NCBI GenBank assembly: GCA_023213395.1
Contig: CM041465.1
Coordinates: forward strand, 79,925,741-79,989,740
Direction of reading: 5' to 3'
DNA from: Cycas panzhihuaensis
Lineage: Eukaryota > Plantae > Cycadophyta
DNA: 64,000 nucleotides
The notes beneath the pieces were generated by a model. The model was not told the DNA's origin and did not search any database. It worked only from the letters and a program-made list of their open reading frames with translations. The translations under genes were made by a program, and so were the position numbers. Shown one piece after another: positions 54,468-64,000 of the stretch; position 1 is the stretch's first letter; the number at the start of each line of letters is the position of its first letter.

Positions 54468-55361
54468 TAATGATATTATGGACCACTTTTTACAAATAAG
54501 TAAGTGATCAATATACAAGATTGTAGGCCAATGTGGAAGCTGACATCATTGGGTGTACATAACTTGAAACTCAAATGTAGGATACGTAATCAATCCAATA
54601 ACCTCTAACTTGTGTCTAACATGTTGTTGAGGTTATTGAAGGGATGCTTAGGATTTTAGTAAAATTAATTTGGCCTTCACCTACAATACCCACAATTGTG
54701 CTTGGTGATGAAATCCAAGTAACAACAGAGTCCAAGTACTCCTAATTCTCACCCAGTTTACCAATGTGTAGTTATATACCTCCTCCGAAGAGTGGTACGT
54801 GGATACCCATGGCTATGATATATATTAGATCATTTATATTTCAATCTTGTATTAAAGTTTTAGTTTTCCAAGTTGGTTATCATGGTGATCTCTAATTGAG
54901 GTACGATGGTATGGCTAACCAAACCTCACTAATATTTTAGTTCAGTCGAGTCCCAACTTAAAACCCATACCTCCTTTACGGTACAACATTCTGCCAACTA
55001 AGGTATCTCAACCTTAGCGAGTGTATGAATAGGCACAAGATGGTAAAAAATAATATACATGATGCGTTCCTTTTAGGGAGAGTAAAAATGTATCAAATTT
55101 GCATCAAACATACATATAACTGAAAATAGAGTGCTTGCTTGGAGTGCTTTTGGAGTACTTATTTGGAATGCTTATTTGGAGTGTCTTTAGAGTGCTTACT
55201 TAAAATTATTTTAGAGTTTTAAAATTTAATGCTGATAAGTGAGTGAGGACACCAAATATTGCTCCAATCTAGGTGTTTTTTTACTCACTTTTATAATGGG
55301 CTTTTAAGCCTTATAAAAAGAAAGAAGAAAATTTATTCATTTTTTTTTTAATACAAAAAAA

Positions 55362-55720
55362 GTAGTCTTCACTAAAACTACAATAACTTTATCCCACGAT
55401 AACAAAATTGAGTGTCAATTTTTGTCTTATAAACTAGACTTAGAGGTTCATCTTCAAGAAGTAGAATCAGGTCCAAATGAGTTCTAAATTTTTTTTGGTA
55501 GTTCCGCAAATTTAGCATAATATATTTTTCTAAAATTTTTACTAAAAATAACTGTAGTTCACTAAAATAGTAGTAACCTTCTCATACAATAACAAAATTA
55601 GGTGCCAATTTTTGTACAGGGAACTAGACTTGGAGCCTCATCTTTAGAAATTAAAATTAGGTCAATTGGATCTCTGTAGAATGTTTGGTAGACCTATGAA
55701 GTTTAATAAGTAGATTTTAT
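55362..55720. repeat. Two diverged ~190-bp tandem units in the Copia leader
   Basis: gtagt.cactaaaa..ataacaaaatt..caatttttgt..aactagactt at about 55362 and 55554. Confidence 0.7.
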
Positions 55721-56223
55721 TTCTGCAGAAAATTTAGCTTGCAAATATCTTATCGACACATGATACTATATGAAATGTCCATCATTTTTTTATCACTAGG
55801 ATCCCAATATGGGTAAGGTGGGAACATAAAATGATGAATATTTTAAATGAGTGTAAATTCTTAAAAAAAAGTGGGCAGAACCTCCTCTTACAATCATTTT
55901 TCTAAAAGCTAGAAAAATTTCGACAATATTTCCCCTTGTTAAATGGACAAAATAAGGGGAAAGAAAAGAAGAATAAGATAGTATAAATGGCTACCAAAGG
56001 ATTGAAATCTTTGGGCCCTATAACTCCTTATATTGTGCTTTCAAACCTGCAAAAGAGAAAGGGAAAGAAAATAATACTAAATATGCTATGATAAAAACTT
56101 AAAAATATTTCTAAATCCACTTTCACAATCTCTTTCACCACATGGATTATGGGGGAGAAGGAAGTGATGGCTCTATTACAAGTATAAGTGAGGAGTATAA
56201 AAGAAGCAAGCTCTCATACCACA

Positions 56224-56521
56224 TGAAAAAAGTGGATCTATCTTTCATCTCTATACACTAAATACAAAGGTAAACATGGGAGTAAGAGAGACTTGAGAGA
56301 AAGAGAGTAGCTCTCACAAAACGAGGAGGTAAGAATGAACCTCATCCATTCAACTTTTACTTCTATACTGAGAGAGAGAGCATTAGAGTTACGTGAAATG
56401 AAATTACATATAATGTACATGAAAGTGCATTTCACTTAAGTGATCTAATTTAAAGTTCACTTAAGACCCTTTTTAGAAATAATCAACTAATGTAATAACC
56501 TTGTGACATTAACCAGTTTCA
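56224..56521 (-). repeat. 5' LTR of Copia
   Basis: Direct repeat of 43976-44273; PBS adjacent. Confidence 0.93.
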
Positions 56522-59147
56522 AAAAGTCCCTATGTAACATTTATTATCTTCATCCTAAGAAAAGATGGTTCATATTGACTTTGTATAGACTACTAAAAAA
56601 TTAGTAAAATCATAATACAGAACAAGTTCCCAATCCCTAGGATTAATGACATGCTTAATGAAATCTATAACATCATCATCTTTTCTAAACTAGATCTTCA
56701 AATTGGTTATTACCATTCCTGATCACCCCTAAAGATTGCCACAAGAGTACCTTCAAGATGTACTATGGGCACTTTGATATCCAAGTGATACCATTCAAAC
56801 TATATAATATTCCAACCACATTCCAAGCCTTAATAAACAAGATTTTTAGGCCCTATCTGTGAAAGTTTATTATTGTTTTCTTCAATGACATCCTTATTTA
56901 TAGTTCTTATATGACTCACCACCTTTAATATTTGGAAATGATCATTCAAATCCTTAACTATCATCAATTATATGCAAAACTCGCTAAGTATGAATTTCAT
57001 AGATCTGAGTTGTAATACTTAGGCCATATCATCTTAGCGAAAGGTGTTAGAGTTAACCTAGATAAAATCTTGCTTATCACTACCTAGCCTATACTAAAGA
57101 ACCTCATGCAATTACGAGCCTTCCTAGGTCTCACAGGGTTCTATCATTGTTGTATATGGAATTATGCTTTGTTAACTGCCCCACTAATTGACTTACTTAG
57201 AAAACATTCATTTTAGTGATCCATTATAATGACGAATGCTTTTAATCATCTCAAAACCATTATTATACCCACCTCGATCCTCACCATGCTTGACTTTTTA
57301 GAATCCTTTTAGCTTGAATATGATAATTTAGGCTTCAACCTGAGTATTATTCTCATATAAAATTATCATTATATCATATTTATAAGTCTAAAACTTAAGT
57401 ACCATGAGTGTCAATTATCCACCTACTAAAAAGAGGTGAAAGTGATCCTGCACATTATAAACAAGTGATACTAATACCTTATTAGCTCTAGGTTTATCAT
57501 CTTAAATGATCACCATAGCCTTCATTGCTTATTGGACCAACTGGTGTTGTCCAAAAAGAAAGCCAAATGGATTGATCACTTATAGGTATTTGATTTTACA
57601 ACCACCTATAAGAAAGAAAAAGATAATATTATTGTTGATACCCTCTCCCATCTCTCTTTCGATAGTGACACCTTACTGTAACCTATTATCTAAGTTATTT
57701 TTACACCTCAACTAATTTGGTTAAAAGACTTAACAATGAAAAACTAAGTGTAATCAAACTGTTCTCAATGGGATTTTAAAGCCCAAGATAATAGGAATTG
57801 GTCCACCCATAACAATTTTCTTTTATACAGAAACCACATTTTCGTTAACTCGACATCTACCTTTATCTTTTGCATCATAATAGAATACCACTTCACTCCT
57901 ATAGGGTGTCACTCAAGTTTCGACAAAACATATTGATATATTTATGTAATTTTTTATTAGCCATGTATGAAACCCTGCATCTTTACATTCGTTGCAAAAT
58001 GCAACACATGTCAATAAAATAAGATAAACATTAAGGACTAGCCCAACTACTCTAATCTCTATATATTCCCCAAGGAAAATAGTAGGATATTATCATGGAC
58101 TTCATTACTGGCCTACTGCTATCTACTAGATATAATTTGATTTGGACCATCATTGATAGACTAACAAAATACACCCACTTTCTACTAATCTATATATTAT
58201 ATAAAGCAGCTTGCCTCACTAATATAATCATCCATATTATATTCTACTTTCACGAGTTCCTGCCCACTATAGTATTTGACCATGATCCCAAGTTTACCAA
58301 TTTATTTTTGTAAGAACTTTTTTGAGTAGTAGGAACCTCGTTTAATGAGTTTGCCTTATTATTTGTAAATAGATGGCCAATCAAAAGACCTTAACAAAAC
58401 ACTAGAGACTTACTTGCGATGCTCTGCCTCTAATCACTAAGCCAAGTGGACCTCATGACTAGCTCTTACAAAACATTGATATAATTTCTCTCATCATTCA
58501 ACCATTAACATGTCTCCATTTATGGATCTTTACAGTTATCCCCTACCATCCCATCACATGCTAGGAACCAACCTTGGAACCATATCTGTTTATAGAAACT
58601 CCAAGACATGGACCAAGTCCTCATCACCCTTAAACACAAAATAGCCATAGCATAAAATTATATGAAATAATTAACTGATTGTGACTATTTCAATCGCTCC
58701 TTTTCCATTGGCAACTTTATTTTTCTTTATCTCCAACCCTACAAGCAACAATCCCTTAGAGCCATAAAAGTCAAAAGCTTAGCCCATGCTACTATAGACC
58801 ATACACAGTATTCCAATGGAATGGTGAAGTTGCATACATCCTCGAACTCCCACTTAATACTAAAATCCATAATGTCTTTCATATTTCATACCTTAAGAAG
58901 TACCTCAGTAAAGATGTTATTACCTAAATAACACTGTTAGTCCTCAATGAAAAGTAGCTTCTCATTGTCATGCTAGAGTAGATTTGGCTAGTCAACAATG
59001 CCACCTCCATAACAAGGCCATCTCTGAATACTTGGTGTAATAAGTTAACTATGGACTAGATGAAGTAACTTGGGAATCTGTCAAATTTATCAAGTAACAT
59101 CTACACCTTCTTTGCTTTAAGGACTCAACATCTTAAGGAGGGGGACC

Positions 59148-59553
59148 TATTATATAACCACTTGTACTATATAAAACCTACCTACCTACTTATGTGATCA
59201 AGGCTCTTCGTGGTTAGTGTTTGTCATTAACTTATATGTGCAGGATCGTTTATGATTACCAATAGAATTGAAGACCACTTGTCCTACCAATGGTATTGGT
59301 CAAAAGAAGGTCTATTCTATCTATTTAAGGCTCAATGTTTTAAAGGAAGATTATTGTGTATTTTGTATCTCATATGAGATTGTACTTCTGTATACTTTGA
59401 TGCCCTTAAGCTCTCTTTAGTGTTCTTATAAGTTCTCAATTTATATACTTTACATCTTTCATAAATAAAAGTGGTTCCATTTACTACTATATTTTGTCTT
59501 TTATATTATCCACATTATAAGGTTGAGGAAGATCACTAGAACGGAACCTCCTA
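59148..59553 (+). repeat. 3' LTR of chromovirus
   Basis: Direct repeat of 40271-40648, followed by a (TG)n tract. Confidence 0.88.
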
Positions 59554-61199
59554 ATATGTGTGTGTGTGTGTCCATTTCTAGTATTTAATGTTCTTAAAAC
59601 CTAGATTTTCTATTGTCCAACAACCAATTATTGGCTAAATCTTTTACATCTTTCTCTATTTGATTTTAAATTTGTTATAAGTATTTATCATGAATTACTT
59701 CTAATTTTATCATCTTTATAAAGTTAGTATTTACAACCTAAAGAGCAACAATACATCTTTTTTTATTGAGAGGATTGATTACCTTATATTTGTTACATCT
59801 AACATATGTTATATTGAGATTATATTCATGCAATAATTTGTGCCACCTTCTCTATCTTACATTTATGTTTGGATGTTGGAAAATATATTTTAAGTTATTA
59901 TGATCTATTATCATGAGTTCAAAATGTACACCTGCTAAATGATAATCCTAAACCTTAATCATACATACCACAATAAGTAGCTCCAAATAGTATGTGGTGT
60001 ATTCCTTTATAATTATAGTGCAAGGATGAAGTATTAAAAGTTGATTAAGACTAATTAATCACTAGACTTTTAATTTATTAAATATTTATCTCAATCCACA
60101 TCTCTTCATTTTAAGGAATAACCCACAAATGCTACTATGATTTTTCTTAAGGATACAAAATCAATTCTTAAGTATTAGAAAACTTATTTTCAACTATTTA
60201 AAGCCATCGCATCCTAGCATTATAAAGATCTTAATTAAAGGGTGTTATAATTTATAATGACGTTCAATTAAGAATAAATGAGATGGATCCATCAAGGACT
60301 TATAATTGTGCATTTATTACAGAATTTTATAAGGTGATGGCATTAAATATTAAGTGAAAGCCTTAAATTTATAATAGAATGGGGAGTAAGCCACTTTAGA
60401 ATCTTGGATTCTTCATCTTATTTTTAAGTGTATTAGTTAGATGTTAGGTAATTAAGGATGTCTCCTTTAATAGAAGAAACCCTCCTTATTCTATTAGAGA
60501 TGAAAAGGTGAATTCGAACACTCCTCTTACTTATTTTGTTTATATTGATGTTCTAAATGGCATCATACTTTCATAGGGTTAGATTAAAAGATGCAAACAA
60601 GTTGGTCAAGGTGGTCGCATTATTTAGGGTGTAGATTTTGCTTTAATTTCTTCCTATTGCTATTGTTATATAATTCTTATTAACTTATAATAATTGCCAT
60701 GCGAATCTTAGCTACCTAGTTTTTTATTATCCCATAGAGTTTTCATTTACAAGTTATTGTGAGCATTTTTATTTAATACGAGTCTTCATGTTATATAAAA
60801 GGTACAATCCCCACAAAGGATACATTTGTAAATAGATCTAGGACAAGGGTAAATGGACAAAGGTCTTATTTTAAGCACATGATAATCTATCTAATCATTT
60901 TGAATGCTAACATTTGCTTGATCAAAGAAAGCCTAGATATCAAGTTGAACGTCTTCTCAAAGAAATGAGATCAAATCATAATAGCACCTTGTACAATCAC
61001 CCCCATAAACAAAACCTATTTATAAAACATTCACAAAATTACTTTTAGGCTATATCTAGATATCCATGCAAGGAATAATGACATAATAATTATTTATGTT
61101 ATTTAATTTAAGTTTCAATTTAATTAATTTATTTTTATTATTTATTAATTAAAAACCCACAAACCTCACTCGAGGATTAGGGAAAAAGCATGTAGCAGA

Positions 61200-61660
61200 G
61201 TGTAAAATTCCGCCTAGCCCTACTCTAAGAGAGGGACATGACATCCCTATTTTGATAGCGTACGCATTCGCACTTCGCAAAATGATTTCATTACTAACTG
61301 AATGACTCCCGCCTTACATTTCCCGCCTACATCTCGCTTTCAAATGCCAAGTTTCCATGTAACACACATGAGTGCATCACCCACATACATACCTACCTCC
61401 ACTAAATTCCGTTGAGACCAAGCAACAACTCCATTACGCCCCATCCATGAATCCATCATGTTCGCCCATAGCCCATTCCTCACCCTCATAATGATTACTG
61501 AATAATTAATAATATTTATTATATTAGAGTAAGGAGTGGAGGGTAACCACCGTGATTAAGAGTGGGAGCAAATGAAGCAGTGCAGGGGAGAAAGGAAGCA
61601 GGTCGCGTCGGAAAAGGCCAAGGTCGAGTGGTGCTCCGTTATATAAGCCAACTGCTTATA
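61200..61660 (+). promoter_or_regulatory. Probable host gene promoter with TATA box
   Basis: Abrupt CpG retention; TATATAA at 61640-61646; GC-rich motifs (ccgcc repeats) upstream. Confidence 0.55.
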
Positions 61661-61669
61661 ATTCGTCCA

Positions 61670-61955
61670 ACTGCCAGCCGTTAACCCAACCCAACCCAAC
61701 CACGGTTATGTTATTTAATGCTGACCTGTTGGCCTACCGGGCTTTTGGTTAACCTCTCGACTATTCTGCTTCTTTCAAACAGTGGTTCACGTTCCATTCA
61801 CTGGCAGACGACACACGCTGGCGTGGAATCTACCGAATAAAGATTTCCAGGACTGGATGTTGATCCCCGATGTACACTTCATTTATGTCTTTAACCTGGA
61901 GCTAATGATAATAGTTTGCTCCGTTTTGTCCGAAGTCGGGTGTCCGATTCTCGAG
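61670..61955 (+). other. Probable first (5'UTR) exon ending at a canonical donor
   Basis: GAG|GTAAGC donor with intron starting at 61956, followed by T-rich intron-like sequence. Confidence 0.55.
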
Positions 61956-63897
61956 GTAAGCTTTTATTAGTTCTCGCCGCTGGTAACTTTTTTTCTCCTG
62001 AAATTTTGCAATCGTCACTGTTTTTCTCGCTTTATTTTGTTTTATGAATCATTTTCTTTCCTCAGCTTTCGGTTCTTGACTTCAATTTGTCTTGTTGTTC
62101 TATTCTTATGTTTGCTAAGCCGCGAATTTGCATGTTCTCCAGTGGATGTTTTAACACTTATATTTCGTTTTGTTAAGAGTGTACTCTTGTGAGGGATTTA
62201 AGTTTATAGGGATATCCGATACTTTTGAGCTTAAGCTTTGATTCTGCGGTTCTTGTTGCATTTATTTTGAGGCATTATTTGTCAATGTAAATTCTAAATT
62301 AGGACAATTCAATGTTTGAGTTCAAGCATTCACGTTTTTTTGTAATATTTTCGGAACATTGTTCATTAGTTACCGTGTCGAGCTAGAATTTATAATTATT
62401 CTTTAGTCATCATGGCTTCTTGCTACGTTTATTGAATTTTTATTAATGAAAGTTAGGAATACTACTGTTCTTGAGTTTAGGATGTTAATATTGATCTCGC
62501 ATTGTTTTGGTGAATTTTGCCGTTCAAAGTTTATCCCTCTTTCTTCTGGTTTTTGGTGTTGTCTAAGCAATTTTGTTATATTAGCTAAGGTTTAATTCTC
62601 CCTTCGTTGTTTATTTTGCAGGTGTTTGGTTCAATTCTTGGAAGAGTTTTTTTATATACATCGTTATTTGGCTTATTATTTAACGAGGTATTATAATCAG
62701 AGCATATTTTGGTAAGATTCTGAATCGTAGGATTAAGTCTATCTACCTGCGCTATGAACGCGCATCCTTTATTTTTTATTTTCTTGTGATTAAGTTTTTT
62801 CTTCAATAAATTTGTTTGAATCTCTGAGTACTGCATTTAGCTCTTCTGCACTGATTCTACGAATTGCATTCCCCGCGTTAAGCGCTGACGTTTATTCATT
62901 ATCTTAGGATCATTATGTCGAGATCTGTCCTGTTTCGCGTTTATCTTGAGCTTCGGTGTATCTGTTTGTTTTCCACTTCTTGTCTTCAAAAGCTAAAGAA
63001 ATATGTATGCAAGAAACTTGCGCCTACAGAATTAAAATCAAAAGAGTGTAATAGTTGTTACCTAGATCGAAAGCAGAGTGTCGTATCTGTTACCTAGGCT
63101 TCTGAGTAGGTTTATTAACTTAAGAATGCAGCGATCCTTTCAAGTACTTGAGCGTTTCTTTTGATATAAAATTTAATTGATTTTTCTTTTTCCCGTTGAA
63201 CTTCAAGGGAATGATGTAGGCTTTCGTTCTGTACCGACCCCTTCGTTGGAGATGATCTTTACAATTCTGGCATGCTCTATACTGGAATCTTAATATTAGT
63301 CCAGAAAATAAGTACAGATAATTTATGGTATTCTGATTAATTACCTTGTATAGCACATGTGAACTTAGGACTAAGTTTTATGCATAAAGTTAGGATTCTT
63401 ATACATCAAGTACAAAAAATCCTCTACGTTCCGTCAAGTCTCGGTAAATAGCATACATTTTATCTACCATCCGTAAGGCTTGCCAAATAAAATAATTCCG
63501 ACTTGCAACAATGTTAAGAAACTAGAGTTTTGCGTATTTACCGGCTCATCCATCAGAGCATTGAAGAGTTTTGTGAAGAATGTGTGGATCGATCCATAGA
63601 TTAATTGAAAAGTAAGAAGCAGCATTTTTCCGGACTTAATAAATAATATTCAATTTTGCTTCCGCATACATGCATGCATCTCAATTGCAATTTATCGTTT
63701 TAAGGGGCGAAACTGACACAGATGATAACGTTTGGAAACGGTCTTTCATGGTAGTCTATTTCAGATCTTTTCGCGTGAAGCATTTGGCAGTAATCGCAGC
63801 GCTTTGATCTGTTAACGGCGCTAGTGGTGGCATTCTTGTTGCAGATTGATTGCATATAGCGGAGACACTGATTTGATTCCAAGTGTAGTACAAGAGC

Positions 63898-64000
63898 ATG
63901 CAGGCGGAAGATTCTCTGTGTAAGCGTTGCGGGGCAGAGCTTCGTAAGGATCGGGCATTGCTAAAGCAAAGACAGATCTCTCAAAATGATCATGATTTGC
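63898..64000 (+). CDS. Putative start of a host protein-coding gene, open to the window edge
   Basis: ATG 63898 after in-frame TAG 63886-63888 and acceptor ttgttgcag at 63844; MQAEDSLCKRCGAELRKDRALLKQRQISQNDHDL. Confidence 0.4.
   Translation, partial: MQAEDSLCKRCGAELRKDRALLKQRQISQNDHDL

Larger units (their letters stand above)
43976..56521 (-). mobile_element. Full-length decayed Copia nested in the chromovirus RT
   Basis: 298-bp LTRs 43976-44273 and 56224-56521; perfect TSD AAAAG (43971-43975 / 56522-56526); PBS revcomp gctctcatacca 56210-56221; PPT revcomp ctccccctt from 44276; RH ADIFTKPL about 44775; RT 45200-46250; integrase LRTNNGGEY (47065-47313); protease WIMDT about 48050; gag split at 48929/53763. 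Confidence 0.95.
40271..59553 (+). mobile_element. Full-length decayed chromoviral Gypsy (Reina-like) interrupted in RT by a Copia
   Basis: LTRs 40271-40648 and 59148-59553; PBS tagtattagagc 40651-40662; PPT aaggaggggg 59135-59144; flanks atata/atatg; gag about 42200-43000; protease ILINSG..NFI about 43370; RT II*PS-KSPY reconstituted across the insert; FFNDILIYS 56878; integrase MDFITGL 58095; chromodomain EYLV..DEVTWES about 59027-59080. Confidence 0.92.

Overview
AT-rich, CpG/CHG-depleted plant nuclear DNA, most likely from a large gymnosperm-type genome (inferred from a Tat element with PR-aRH-RT domain order). Positions 1 to about 59.6 kb are a pile of decayed and nested LTR retrotransposons (Tat/Ogre-type and chromoviral Gypsy, several Copia, non-autonomous derivatives). 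Many LTR pairs, tRNA-Met PBSs, PPTs and 5-bp TSDs can be read directly. Two elements carry intronless host-mRNA cargo. The region just 3' of a Tat integrase holds MnmA-like and UDP-Gal/Glc transporter (UTr1/UTr3-like) retrocopies. The youngest element (48930-53757, TSD GTGTC) carries a near full-length, exon-skipped RAD6-class UBC cDNA in antisense, between candidate splice sites upstream of its gag. One insertion (1471-8570) has a PBS remnant beyond its 3' LTR and a ~290-bp target duplication instead of a 5-bp TSD. From about 61.2 kb the sequence keeps its CpGs and looks like a promoter, 5'UTR exon, leader intron and the start of a host CDS. All calls are by eye without alignment or database searches; most short ORFs in the track are spurious.
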